Origin: a virus
Taxonomy: Duplodnaviria; Caudoviricetes
Virus record (IMG/VR): IMGVR_UViG_3300037455_000462
Coordinates: 41,908 to 105,907 of that record
Reading direction: 5' to 3' (one strand)
DNA length: 64,000 nt
Every line of letters starts with the position of its first letter. Position 1 is the stretch's first letter. This document shows, piece after piece, positions 1-10,064 of this stretch. Position numbers and translations under genes: made by a program. The notes under the pieces were generated by a model, which saw only the letters and a program-made list of their open reading frames with translations, made no database searches and had not been told where the DNA came from.

Positions 1-2378
1 GACTTCAGTCCGCGAAGTCTGCAAACACGGTTGAGTTCTTCAATGCAGAAAGACCAAGAACGAGGGCTAATCTGACGGGTCTTGTTGCCCGTTGTTGATT
101 CAGTAGGGTCAATGTTATGCCACCTTGAATTCTTGGTGTCAGCACCCATAGCACCTATATGGTCGATTGTGAAATCGTCAAATCCGCCTTTCTCTTTCGC
201 CCATTTAGCCCATTCCTTGAAGTCGGGAACAAAGTTCACTGAAACGAAACGCTGTTTCAGAGCATCGCTCAACAACTGCCAATTCTGATTCACTTGGATA
301 TCGTCAGTAGGTCTGTTGGAGCAAGCCATACAATACCATTTGCTGCCGAGTCTGTAACCCGAAGTGGTCTGACGGTTCATCATAATCTGTGCGATACCGA
401 ACAATGTGTCGGGGTCTGCACGCAGGAACTCGTCAAACATCAAGATACCGCCGCCGCCGTGGACTTCGCTGTCCATTTCGATTCCGTCCTTGTCGTAAAC
501 AATGTCAACAGAACCGTTTGCTTCCGCATTACGAGCCTTGTCTATTTCACGGTCGCCCGTTGGTTGCCACATAGGAAGCCAACTCTTCGGGGCATCGGAA
601 GAATGCGCCGAAATATATTTCTTGAAATCCTTGTCAGTCATATTCCTGCCCTTGACCATTTCTTGGATTACGGGGTTTTGTTTGACCCTCTCGATGTCAA
701 TGTCATTTATCTTGACGGGCATAGGCATAAACAAGTCACCCGCCTGCAAGGTGGAACAGTCCACAACAATGATTGACATCATATTTCCCGTAGAACCGCC
801 GCTTTCAGCGATTTTCTTGTTTGCCGCTTTTATAAGGATTGATGGGATTGTGGTCTTTCCGATACCTGGCGCACCCCAAACCAACATAGGCTTACCCGTT
901 GGACGACCGTCCATAAGGATTTCGTTGATGTTGTCGTTCAAGTCATTCTCCAACTCGGAAGTGGTGACATCAACGGCATCTATGTTGAGGTAGGTTTGAC
1001 CGCCTTCTTTCTCGATGGCTTTCAGTCCGACACGGCGTTCATTGACCTCAACGGATTCGCTGATACCCGCAGCCTTTGAAACGTAGTCCAAGAATTTGAG
1101 GTAGTTGTCATATTCGAGACTGCCCTTTTCGATTTTGTCATAGTAACCGCTCTTTGAAGGATAGTTGACGGGCTTTCCGATTTCGGCATAAACGCCGCGA
1201 ATCTTGTGCTTGTGGATGAAGTTAACAATGTTCTGCGGCAAGTTAGCACCGAACATATCGAATGTCTTGCCGACAACGAATGTGAATCCGTCCATAAGTT
1301 TTATACCGACACTCTTGAAAGCACCTTTGATTTTGTCAAACGCTTTCTTGGCGTAGTCGCCGATAACACCCTCGTTCATCACATAGTTCTCTTGGATGAA
1401 CTTGGCTGTATCCATAACGTAGGTTTTTTGTTCGTCTGTGTCCATAATTCCAGTATTTCTGTAACTTTTCAATGTTTTAACCTTTCGCTTAACGTCTTGG
1501 GCATTGCCGACCATAGCACTCATCTGCTTCCTTGATATTTCGGCATCGTCAACGCTCATCTGACCGATAACGGGCATATATCCGAGGAACGGGTTGATTG
1601 TGGCTTCCCAATGGTCGATGACCTCTTGCTTATCGAAGTCTGAAGCAACAAACATATTCTTAACGGATTCAGCACTTGAAAGTTCCCACTCACGTATTGA
1701 ATCGTTATTGAATGTTGATTTGTAGAACATACCGTCAAAGACAGTTCCGTTTGAAACATTCCAACCGCTCAAGTCAACGTTTGGTAAATCCTTGAATGCG
1801 AATACAGCGCAGAAGTTCTTAACGTCTGTCACATTGAAAATGGAGTAGGGGAGTTCGACATCCTGCGTTGTCATACCTTCCAACTCGCCTTTCAGAAGCA
1901 TATCGTAAACAAGGTCTGCCGCATAGTTTATATCCCTCTTATCACCTTGGATATACGCTTTGTCACCACGGTTTTTAAGGGTTATCTCTTGGTGCGAAAG
2001 CCAATCGGCTTGTTCATCAGAAAGAGATTTGGACTTGCTTGCGTTTTCCTTCTGATTTTGTCTGACCTCGAAGTCGTGCATAGACTTGACACCCTTCATA
2101 TCGTCATCATCGTCATCGGGAATATCGTTTTCGAGAGAGTTGTTTCCGATGTTTTCGTCATCAACGTCATCGAAGAATCCCTCATTGACAACCATACGGC
2201 TGTTTCTGTTTTTAAGGAGTTCGTCAACGGATTCAGAAATCATTTGCGAATTCTCCGCGAAAAACTGCTCATAAAGTTTTCTTTTTTCCGAAATAGGCAG
2301 GCTCTTGTCAACCTTGTTCCAAAAGTTTTCCCTTGCGTATTTTGAAACAATGCCTATATTGTAATCAAATGCGTTCAT
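1..2378 (-). CDS. Large MoxR-like AAA+ ATPase with BspA/DUF285-like repeat segment (3' end outside window)
   Basis: Absent from the ORF track because it runs off the window. ATG at 2378 is in frame with Walker A WGAPGIGKT (~850-880) and Walker B ILMFDEF; repeat-like DLSGWNVSNGTVFDGMF near 1720-1790. Confidence 0.75.
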   Translation of the reverse strand, partial: MNAFDYNIGIVSKYARENFWNKVDKSLPISEKRKLYEQFFAENSQMISESVDELLKNRNSRMVVNEGFFDDVDDENIGNNSLENDIPDDDDDDMKGVKSMHDFEVRQNQKENASKSKSLSDEQADWLSHQEITLKNRGDKAYIQGDKRDINYAADLVYDMLLKGELEGMTTQDVELPYSIFNVTDVKNFCAVFAFKDLPNVDLSGWNVSNGTVFDGMFYKSTFNNDSIREWELSSAESVKNMFVASDFDKQEVIDHWEATINPFLGYMPVIGQMSVDDAEISRKQMSAMVGNAQDVKRKVKTLKSYRNTGIMDTDEQKTYVMDTAKFIQENYVMNEGVIGDYAKKAFDKIKGAFKSVGIKLMDGFTFVVGKTFDMFGANLPQNIVNFIHKHKIRGVYAEIGKPVNYPSKSGYYDKIEKGSLEYDNYLKFLDYVSKAAGISESVEVNERRVGLKAIEKEGGQTYLNIDAVDVTTSELENDLNDNINEILMDGRPTGKPMLVWGAPGIGKTTIPSILIKAANKKIAESGGSTGNMMSIIVVDCSTLQAGDLFMPMPVKINDIDIERVKQNPVIQEMVKGRNMTDKDFKKYISAHSSDAPKSWLPMWQPTGDREIDKARNAEANGSVDIVYDKDGIEMDSEVHGGGGILMFDEFLRADPDTLFGIAQIMMNRQTTSGYRLGSKWYCMACSNRPTDDIQVNQNWQLLSDALKQRFVSVNFVPDFKEWAKWAKEKGGFDDFTIDHIGAMGADTKNSRWHNIDPTESTTGNKTRQISPRSWSFCIEELNRVCRLRGLK

Positions 2379-2400
2379 ATATGATGAATAATGTTTTTTC

Positions 2401-4377
2401 TTATTGTTCTGGGATATTGATTTGTGAAATAAGGTCTTCCTTCCAATCCAAACCGTTCAAGAAACTCTCTTTGAGAGAACCGTTCACGAAAGCACGCCAA
2501 GTCAGATACTGACCGCGACCCTCGATAAATTCGTTCTCAACGGTTTCGATTACCTCATCAACATATTGTGGCGGAACAGCCCAACTTTCATCGTTGGTTT
2601 CTTTCACTTGTTGGAGTTTAGCCTTGACTTTCGTCCAAATGACAAGAACGGGCGGTGCTATGCGGTAGAACTTGCAGCGTCCTCTGATTGCGCCCCAACT
2701 GTCACCCAACTGACTTGAAAGTTTCTGCTCTGAAAGGTTGGTGATAATGATGAACCTGCTCATAATGTTCATTTCATCGGGTATCATACGCTCAATGCTC
2801 TTGACCTTTTCCTCTTCATCGGTCTGCTGCTGCGCCTTGCCTTTCTTGTTGAGTTTTTTCAACGTTTCTTGCGAAGGACATTCCTTCAGATACCTTTTCT
2901 TGTAATTCACAATGCCGCCTTCCTTGCAACTCTCTATGCTGTAGAAATTGCCTCTGATAACATCGCCCATATCGGAAGCGGTCGGGCATTTCACAGTAGG
3001 AAAGTCGCCTTTCGGCTCAAGAGCCTTTTTCCAAAAACCGATTTGGAAATCGCTGTCAAACAACTTCGGGGTATCGTCAAAAACAAGAACCTTTCCGTTG
3101 TTGTTGTATATGAAATTGTAAAGTTCCTTTGCGTTGCAGGTGGTGTTGTCACGCTCGGCATAGTCCCTTCCTTTTTCAAGTCTCATTTCTTTCTTGATTT
3201 CGTTCCAAGTTTCGGACTTACCGATACCGCCGACACCGCTGATGAAGATGGCGGGCGCACCGACATCCAATCTGTCCAATTTCTGAACCCTCGTGAGTTT
3301 GCAGAACTCAACAAGGAACTGTGTTCTTTTCTTCAAATCTTCCATCTGCGTGAAGTACAAATCAACCAATTTCTTGAACTCGCTGAAATTGTTTTTGTAC
3401 ATAATATTCACGAGACTGATGTCAATACCACGGTATTCAGTACCGTATTCGCTCGTAACACCCTCGGCTACATTGACACTCTCGTTTGTGAGAACGTTTG
3501 CCTTGATGCCGAACATATCGTCCGTACATATAATATACACCACGGCGCAATAAACCTCGATGGAACTGCGTTTGTTGACGGGAATACCGCCAGAGAGGAT
3601 GCGGCGCAGTTTGATGCCCTCGGCATCGCCAACACAAAGGCTTTCCGCAATGTCGTATGGTCTGAAATCAATGTTTTTCATATGTTCAGCCAAGTCGTTG
3701 ATACCCTCGACTGTAATCTTGTCACCAAGCCAACTCGGTTTCTTCGCCTCGTTCTTGACCCACTTCAACACGGCTACGGTCTTTGGGTTCTTTGCAATGG
3801 AATTCCAAGCGACCCTAATGTCGTCATTGGTGAGAGCCTCGTTAATCATTTCCTCGGTGAACTCGACTTGCATACCCTCGTACAGACCATTCTGATAAGC
3901 ATCTGGGTTCTTGATTATGTCAAACAGCAGGTCAAGCATACGGACAATACCCATATTCTTCGCGCTGATTGTGTAGTCGGCAACCTGCGAATCCTCTTTC
4001 AGATTGTAACTCTTGTAATAACGGATAACCGAACTGCTGCCGTTCCCAACGGGGGTCAACGTGACGGCGTTGCCGTTTCCGAGACCGCTCATTATGAGAA
4101 TTGTGTTCGTTCCGTCAATCAACTTGAAGAACGTATGGAAATACGCTTTCCAACCGCAGTTCTTGTTCAAGAGCGCGATTACGCTTTCCGCCATTTTCTT
4201 CATTTTCGGATTGTCCGCCACGACCAAATTAGGCTCTGTGGCAAACGGTGTCGCATTAAGTTTGTCCGCAATGGCAACAGTGTCGATTTCACTGCCGTTG
4301 GATTCAAGCAGAAGATTAGGGTCTTCTTTCACAGCACTTTTGCTTATGCGACTTATTGAATCAGATAAATTTTTCAT
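2401..4377 (-). CDS. P-loop/AAA-type ATPase domain protein, late gene
   Basis: Walker A GVGGIGKS, Walker B VLVFDD; TATAAATA upstream. Confidence 0.7.
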   Translation of the reverse strand: MKNLSDSISRISKSAVKEDPNLLLESNGSEIDTVAIADKLNATPFATEPNLVVADNPKMKKMAESVIALLNKNCGWKAYFHTFFKLIDGTNTILIMSGLGNGNAVTLTPVGNGSSSVIRYYKSYNLKEDSQVADYTISAKNMGIVRMLDLLFDIIKNPDAYQNGLYEGMQVEFTEEMINEALTNDDIRVAWNSIAKNPKTVAVLKWVKNEAKKPSWLGDKITVEGINDLAEHMKNIDFRPYDIAESLCVGDAEGIKLRRILSGGIPVNKRSSIEVYCAVVYIICTDDMFGIKANVLTNESVNVAEGVTSEYGTEYRGIDISLVNIMYKNNFSEFKKLVDLYFTQMEDLKKRTQFLVEFCKLTRVQKLDRLDVGAPAIFISGVGGIGKSETWNEIKKEMRLEKGRDYAERDNTTCNAKELYNFIYNNNGKVLVFDDTPKLFDSDFQIGFWKKALEPKGDFPTVKCPTASDMGDVIRGNFYSIESCKEGGIVNYKKRYLKECPSQETLKKLNKKGKAQQQTDEEEKVKSIERMIPDEMNIMSRFIIITNLSEQKLSSQLGDSWGAIRGRCKFYRIAPPVLVIWTKVKAKLQQVKETNDESWAVPPQYVDEVIETVENEFIEGRGQYLTWRAFVNGSLKESFLNGLDWKEDLISQINIPEQ

Positions 4378-4406
4378 ATTTAGAATTGTATTATATATGG
4401 CAAATA

Positions 4407-4414
4407 TATTTATA
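4407..4414 (-). promoter_or_regulatory. T4-type late promoter TATAAATA
   Basis: Exact motif 30 nt upstream of the ORF start at 4377. Confidence 0.7.
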
Positions 4415-5156
4415 TGTTACGGGGATTCTGTTTCTGAAATTCATTTATGTCAACTTTAACCCAATCAAGATGTTCGCGTTTGTCCATCAAAATGTACCAA
4501 TGACCGCCGTAGTCACTTTCCTCCCAACACAACTTCGCGTAATAGATGGTTTTTCCGTGTATATCCATCAGAGGGTATCTGAACATTCTGTCGGATGAAA
4601 CGTCTGTTGTCAATTCGCATTTGTCGTAATATTTCGCGGGGACATAATCCGCCCTCGCATAAACACGGAATCTTCTGTACTTCATCAAAGAACGCAATCC
4701 GTCCGCAATATCGTCATAATCGTACAAATGAAATATCTCGTATTGTTCCTCCGTATTCATAAACGCAGGCATAATGCAGCAGAACGCATCAGAACGCTTA
4801 TGCCCAACGACATACCCGTTCTTTTCGAGTATGCGTATAGCATTGTCTATGTCGTTGGAGTTGACGGGAAACTTCCAAACCTCGTGTTCTATGTCGCAGT
4901 CTTTGTCGATAAACACGCCGCCGACCCGTGACTTGAACACGGAGTATTCCGTGTTTTTGTCATCAATGTCATACCACATAAGACTTGAAACGAGTGCCAC
5001 GGCGACCGCTTTCATCCTCTCCACGTTGTTATTCGGCATTTCGTTGAATTTGTTGAATTCGTCCTTTTTGATTTTCAGATTCGACAATGACGCTCCGAGG
5101 TTTCCGAGCCTCTCCTTGCTTATGGGCTTTATGCCGAGTTTTTTTACGCCTTCCAT
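4410..5156 (-). CDS. Hypothetical protein with KLGIKPISKERL leader
   Basis: 248-aa ORF; N-terminal motif shared with ORFs at 28799, 29219, 43364 and 59062. Confidence 0.7.
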   Translation of the reverse strand: MEGVKKLGIKPISKERLGNLGASLSNLKIKKDEFNKFNEMPNNNVERMKAVAVALVSSLMWYDIDDKNTEYSVFKSRVGGVFIDKDCDIEHEVWKFPVNSNDIDNAIRILEKNGYVVGHKRSDAFCCIMPAFMNTEEQYEIFHLYDYDDIADGLRSLMKYRRFRVYARADYVPAKYYDKCELTTDVSSDRMFRYPLMDIHGKTIYYAKLCWEESDYGGHWYILMDKREHLDWVKVDINEFQKQNPRNI

Positions 5157-5704
5157 ACAGCCAACTTTATTTCAACCTCCTGCGCACGGAATGTGCAGTT
5201 AAATGTTTTCATATCAATCGTATTGTTTGAATAGTTGAAGTCGAGACCGTCTATGCTCGTGAACAAGACGTTCTTGTATTCAATGGTGAACGCCTCGTAC
5301 CCGTTTCCGTCAAAAATGCGCATAAACGGAACACCGTTTATGAACTTGTCGTTTGTTGACGAATAGTAGTAGTAGAACAAGTCGAGCATAAGAAAATAGT
5401 TTATGAACCCGTCATACAACTGCTGCGTGATTGTAAACTCCTTCTGCATCAGTTTCTCTGGCGATGCCGCCGAGCGGTATATCCTTGAATACGGGGTCTT
5501 TCTGTCGTATTGCTCGACCACATCGAACTGCACGTTCTGCATATTGAACCCTTGTATTCCGTAGTTCACATAGTCTATGCAGCGTCCGAACATATTGCCT
5601 GGGATTCTCTCCAAATACGGCATATACTTGTCTTCAATTTCTTGTGGAATGAGCGTCTTCGCAAAGAAGAACTCAAACATATTGTTTCTTGCGGGTTGTA
5701 ACAT
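5144..5704 (-). CDS. Putative tail tube/baseplate junction-type structural protein
   Basis: 186 aa, beta-rich pattern reminiscent of the T4 gp19/gp54 family; late promoter at 5721. Confidence 0.45.
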   Translation of the reverse strand: MLQPARNNMFEFFFAKTLIPQEIEDKYMPYLERIPGNMFGRCIDYVNYGIQGFNMQNVQFDVVEQYDRKTPYSRIYRSAASPEKLMQKEFTITQQLYDGFINYFLMLDLFYYYYSSTNDKFINGVPFMRIFDGNGYEAFTIEYKNVLFTSIDGLDFNYSNNTIDMKTFNCTFRAQEVEIKLAVWKA

Positions 5705-5720
5705 AAGTAAGAGTTTTCTT

Positions 5721-5728
5721 TATTTATA
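5721..5728 (-). promoter_or_regulatory. Late promoter TATAAATA
   Basis: Exact motif upstream of ORF 5704. Confidence 0.7.
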
Positions 5729-5737
5729 ACAATAAAA

Positions 5738-5768
5738 GAAAAACGCCCTCGGATTGGGGGCGTTTTTC
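5738..5768 (-). terminator. Rho-independent terminator
   Basis: GAAAAACGCCC...GGGCGTTTTTC inverted repeat downstream of ORF 5801..6001. Confidence 0.7.
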
Positions 5769-5800
5769 ATAGAATGGAAAATATTTGAAAGTTACAGAAA

Positions 5801-6001
5801 TTACTTATTTTCTTTTTTATCTTTGGTGTCATTCCCGTTTTCGGTTTGGGGGGCTTGGTTTTCCTCCTCTGCGAAATAGTTGGGAACGAGGATGTTTACA
5901 GCCGCGTAAACCAACGCAGCGTCTTTCAATGAGTATATGCCGCTTTGCTGTCCGATGACAGCAGCCTGCACAAGTACGTTAATTGCTTCTTTCTCGTTCA
6001 T
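5801..6001 (-). CDS. Small hypothetical protein
   Basis: 66-aa ORF tightly packed after the Hsp20 gene. Confidence 0.65.
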   Translation of the reverse strand: MNEKEAINVLVQAAVIGQQSGIYSLKDAALVYAAVNILVPNYFAEEENQAPQTENGNDTKDKKENK

Positions 6002-6003
6002 AG

Positions 6004-6444
6004 TTATTGGATTTCAATTTCGTGTGACGCTTCTTCTTCCTTTTCCTTTTTAGGCATATAGATTTCAAGAACGCCGTTCTTGAGTTGCGCCTTGATGTCC
6101 TTTGCATTAACTTCGTCACCAAACGGGATTTTCACGTCCTCGTCCTTTTTCATATTGACGAAATTGCCGTTGATGTCCTCCCTTGCGTAGATACGCACAT
6201 AGTTGATACCGTTGGAAGTCTTGGCGATTTCAATGCCGATTTGCTCTCTGTCGATTTCGGGGATAAGCAGCAAAGCGACTTTCATATCGTCATTATCCTC
6301 GATTTTCAGTCGCATACTGTCGTAACAGCAAGCGCAGTTGTTTTCGTTTCCTGCTGAAAAAAGTTTGTTGAAAGCCTCGTTGAAACCTTCAAAATTAGCA
6401 CCGAGTGCCGTAAACAAGTTGTCTAAATCTCTAATGTAGCCCAT
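6004..6444 (-). CDS. Small heat shock protein (Hsp20)
   Basis: IKAQLKNGVLEIYMPK and C-terminal IEI motif. Confidence 0.85.
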   Translation of the reverse strand: MGYIRDLDNLFTALGANFEGFNEAFNKLFSAGNENNCACCYDSMRLKIEDNDDMKVALLLIPEIDREQIGIEIAKTSNGINYVRIYAREDINGNFVNMKKDEDVKIPFGDEVNAKDIKAQLKNGVLEIYMPKKEKEEEASHEIEIQ

Positions 6445-6569
6445 AGTTTAATTTGTTTGTTTTAATACTATATAATAAAAATTGTCATTTTTTATTTGCC
6501 GTTGAAATTTTTTTTTCAACAGAGCATTGTTAGCAAATAATATACCAATCAGAGCGGACTGACATTTTG

Positions 6570-7916
6570 TCAGTTCTTTATCGTTTTCTTCAATGACTTC
6601 AAGTCATCCAAATACATATCAGACGGAACTTTCTTTCGCATTTCTTCAAGTTCTACCTTTTTGGAATCCCGCTCTTTTATGAGTTCGGCATACCTTTCCT
6701 TGGTAAGCGAATAAATCGGCATATTTATCAGATAGTCGAATGAATTTGAAACCTTGTCGAACTTGTTTGCTTCAAGCCAATCGCAGATTTCCTTTTTCGG
6801 GACGTTGTTCACTTTCAGTTTCTTGTCGATTATGGACTTCACGAAACGCGCCTTGTTCGTCAGCACCATAAGTTCCTTTTCGAGAACGCCTATCAGATAT
6901 TTCTTGCGTTTGTCATACCAAGTGAGTCGGTAGTCGCAGAAATAAGGAACGATGTCTTCCGCCTTGTCGAATTGCAGAAGCCTGCCGTTCTCGTCAAGTG
7001 TAACGACATTCTCCGTTTCCGAACTGTTTATGTGAAGCACGCTTTCGAGTTTGTTGGATTCGATAAGTTCCTTCAGTGCCGTGCGTGTGAATTTCACCAC
7101 ATAATCGACAACTGACGAACTGTTGTTGTCATAATCCACAATCACCTTTTTGTCAACAAGTGAGTCAAGGTATTCCTCGTATTTCTCGAATGTTATGGAC
7201 GGCGGCAAATCCGTCACCCTAACGGTGGTTGTGTTTAACACCTTGTAAACACCCGATATGAGCCACTTGTTTTTGTTTTCCTTATCCCTTGTGTATGTGC
7301 CTCCGAACTCCGCGAGCCAAGGCTTCAGTTCCTTCGGCTTTTTTCCGTTGAGATGCGCTATGCAGGCATCAACAACCTCAACGGGATTTCTGTTGAGTAT
7401 GTTCGTTGAATACCCCACCGCTATGCCTGGACTTCCGTTCAGCAGCAACGTTGGAACTATCGGCAGAAAAAAGTTCGGCTCTACTACATAGCCTTCCTCG
7501 ATTCTGTTTTCAAGCAACTCAAAGTCCTTGTATAAAAGTCTGAAATTTTTGGAAAGTTTTGTTCCGATATAACGGGGCGCACCCGCTGACGGAACACGGA
7601 GGCTTCCGTACTGACCGTAGCCTTCAAGCAGCGGCAGGCTGTTCTTGAAAGTCTGCCCCATATAGGTTATCGCATCGTACATACTTCTGTCGCCGTGCGG
7701 GTACAACGCCATAGACGAAACATATCCGCCGAATTGAAAAACCTTCATAGATTTCTCGTTCCCGTTTTTCCAAATCTTGTTCGCAACAAAAACAATCTTG
7801 CGCTGAACGGGCTTGAACCCGTCAATGCAACTCGGTATAGCCCTGTCCTCAACAACCGATTTCGCGAACAGCCGTTGGTCAACATCCAAAAAGTTGTCAA
7901 TAGTCCTTAATTTCAT
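6570..7916 (-). CDS. DNA topoisomerase II medium subunit (gp52/GyrA-like)
   Basis: RAIPSCIDGFKPVQRK, YPHGD, APRY active tyrosine, GIAVGY. Confidence 0.95.
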   Translation of the reverse strand: MKLRTIDNFLDVDQRLFAKSVVEDRAIPSCIDGFKPVQRKIVFVANKIWKNGNEKSMKVFQFGGYVSSMALYPHGDRSMYDAITYMGQTFKNSLPLLEGYGQYGSLRVPSAGAPRYIGTKLSKNFRLLYKDFELLENRIEEGYVVEPNFFLPIVPTLLLNGSPGIAVGYSTNILNRNPVEVVDACIAHLNGKKPKELKPWLAEFGGTYTRDKENKNKWLISGVYKVLNTTTVRVTDLPPSITFEKYEEYLDSLVDKKVIVDYDNNSSSVVDYVVKFTRTALKELIESNKLESVLHINSSETENVVTLDENGRLLQFDKAEDIVPYFCDYRLTWYDKRKKYLIGVLEKELMVLTNKARFVKSIIDKKLKVNNVPKKEICDWLEANKFDKVSNSFDYLINMPIYSLTKERYAELIKERDSKKVELEEMRKKVPSDMYLDDLKSLKKTIKN

Positions 7917-8464
7917 CTTACATTCTCCTTATACGAGTTCTTAAACAATGTGTCGAACACGCCACCGTAATAGCCTTCCTCCGCCATAATGGACAAAGCC
8001 TCCCTATAATCCCACTCGCCTATTACATTGTAGTCGCCTTTGTCCTTGCTGTCAAGCAGAAAATCCACGGTGACATCAAAATAATAGTCGCCTATTTTGT
8101 TGAAAGCGTGGTCTATCGGTATTCCTATTACAGTCATATATCCCTCCACGTACTTAACTTCGGGGTTTTCCATAACCTGCCCGTTGACGCTCAACTTACC
8201 GATTGATTCAAGTATGTTGGCTGCGTGGAGGGAATTGCTGTAACATTCCTTTTTCTGAAATCTCCCGTACTTGCGAAGTCTGTCGATGACATCGGACTCG
8301 AACAAATCGTAAACCGAATGAATCTCGATTGGGCGCAGGCAGGAGAGTTTCCTTTCGAAATATTCCTTTTGGTAGCCAGAAGAAAGTCGGGCGAAGTTCT
8401 TCAGCATATTCGCCGTAGAATGGTCGTCCGACTCCGTTATAAACTCAATATATTTCTTAACCAT
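7913..8464 (-). CDS. Hypothetical late protein with capsid-targeting-like N-terminus
   Basis: Begins MVKKYIEFITE; TATAAATA at 8483-8490. Confidence 0.65.
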   Translation of the reverse strand: MVKKYIEFITESDDHSTANMLKNFARLSSGYQKEYFERKLSCLRPIEIHSVYDLFESDVIDRLRKYGRFQKKECYSNSLHAANILESIGKLSVNGQVMENPEVKYVEGYMTVIGIPIDHAFNKIGDYYFDVTVDFLLDSKDKGDYNVIGEWDYREALSIMAEEGYYGGVFDTLFKNSYKENVR

Positions 8465-8485
8465 TACAAATCCAATTTGTCATAT

Positions 8486-10063
8486 TTATACCTGCTTGGA
8501 AGCATCGGTAAACAAATCGAATTTGAGTGTCGGGTATGATTCATAATTTGTTATCTTGATGTCGCTCGGCTCTAATCTCAAAAGCCTCTCGTATTCATCG
8601 TGGAACGGGTCAAAGGAGAGGTATATCGGAATCTCAATACCAGCCGCACCGAACAAATACGGATTTCTGTTGAGCATACGCTTCACGCCGTCAATGTGGT
8701 TTTTGTAGATGTGTGCGTTTCCGAGAGAACCTCCGAGCATTTTCGGAATCATATTCACTGTTTTTGCGATTACACACAGCATAACGGCGTAACTCATTAT
8801 GTTGAACGGAACGCCCAAAGCCATATCGCAGGAACGCTGAATCCAACGCAGACTCAAATAATGTTTCGGCACACCATATTCTTCCATAGCGTCCTCCTCG
8901 TTGCCTTCTCTGTCATCTTCCTCGCGTATCATTCTTTCTTCAAGAATGCGCTTCCTTTCCTCGTATGGAATAGGCTCTGTGTAGAACTCCATAGCGTAGT
9001 GGCAGGGCGGCAAAGCCATCTCGTCCATACGCTTCGGATTCCAAGCGGAAACAACAAGCCGTCTGTTGTTCGGGTCGTTTTTCAATTTGTCCATAACCTC
9101 TTTCAGTTGGTTGATTCCGCTGTTGTCGAAATCAGTCCACTGCGAACCGTAAATCACGCCGACATCGCCGTAAGTGTAAACTTTGTCACCGAACTTGGTG
9201 GATGAACCGAATTCCACGTTCTTCATAAAAGTATCGAAGTCAACAACCTCGCATCCGTCAGCCTTCGCAAGCCTCAAATAGTATGCGTATGCGTCCTTGT
9301 CCCAAATATGAACGTTCCGCTCGACAAGATATTTGATGTTCTTGCAGCCCTGCAAAAACCAAACAAGTTCAACGACAACAGACTTCAGAGCCATTTTCTT
9401 CGTTGTGATAACTGGCAGACCCTTGCGCAAGTCAAAATGCAGGTGGGCATCAAACAGACTTCTCGCCGTGCCGACCCTTGTCGGTGTGTCAACGCCGTTT
9501 TCAAGAATGTCGCGAAGCAGGTTGAGATACTGCACGTCACAATGTGATTCGTGGCGTTTGCGGAAAATATTCAAAAAAATGCACTCATCGTCCTTATACA
9601 CAATGTCCTTATGATACAGATTGGTGTTCAGCATATCAAAATAAGGAAAATACGTGTCGAACTTGTTTTCGTAGCCTTTCTTTATGATGCTCAAATAAAC
9701 GGTGTCAGCCAAGTCGTTGTCCATCAACTCCTTGAAAAGTTTAGCACCACCGATATAATACACTTCCTTGTAACCCTCGGCTTCAACAACGCTTTCGGCT
9801 TCCGCGATGCTGCCGACTATCCTCGGCATATTCTCATCCGTGGCGTTCATAGGCGCATAGTTCTTGTCACTTGTGACAATGACATTAAATCTGTCTTTTA
9901 GGGGATGTCCTATTGATTCATAGGTCTTTCTACCCATAACAACGGCGTTGCCTTTTGTCAGTTCGACAAAACGCTTCATATCCGTTTTGTTTTTCCAAGG
10001 CATACCGCCTCCAATCCCGATTCCTCCATCGGGGCTTGCTGCTGCAACAATGTTTCTAATCAT
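8486..10063 (-). CDS. thyA: Bifunctional dihydrofolate reductase-thymidylate synthase
   Basis: DHFR motifs MPW, VVMGRKTYESI, IGGA; TS motifs MALPPCH, QRSCD, GVPFN, AHIY. Confidence 0.95.
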   Translation of the reverse strand: MIRNIVAAASPDGGIGIGGGMPWKNKTDMKRFVELTKGNAVVMGRKTYESIGHPLKDRFNVIVTSDKNYAPMNATDENMPRIVGSIAEAESVVEAEGYKEVYYIGGAKLFKELMDNDLADTVYLSIIKKGYENKFDTYFPYFDMLNTNLYHKDIVYKDDECIFLNIFRKRHESHCDVQYLNLLRDILENGVDTPTRVGTARSLFDAHLHFDLRKGLPVITTKKMALKSVVVELVWFLQGCKNIKYLVERNVHIWDKDAYAYYLRLAKADGCEVVDFDTFMKNVEFGSSTKFGDKVYTYGDVGVIYGSQWTDFDNSGINQLKEVMDKLKNDPNNRRLVVSAWNPKRMDEMALPPCHYAMEFYTEPIPYEERKRILEERMIREEDDREGNEEDAMEEYGVPKHYLSLRWIQRSCDMALGVPFNIMSYAVMLCVIAKTVNMIPKMLGGSLGNAHIYKNHIDGVKRMLNRNPYLFGAAGIEIPIYLSFDPFHDEYERLLRLEPSDIKITNYESYPTLKFDLFTDASKQV

Positions 10064-10064
10064 A

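Noticed and set aside
2869-4359. 496-aa plus-strand ORF and similar long antisense ORFs (20086, 25844, 49113)
   Set aside because: They lie opposite well-supported genes, lack motifs and are explained by codon bias.
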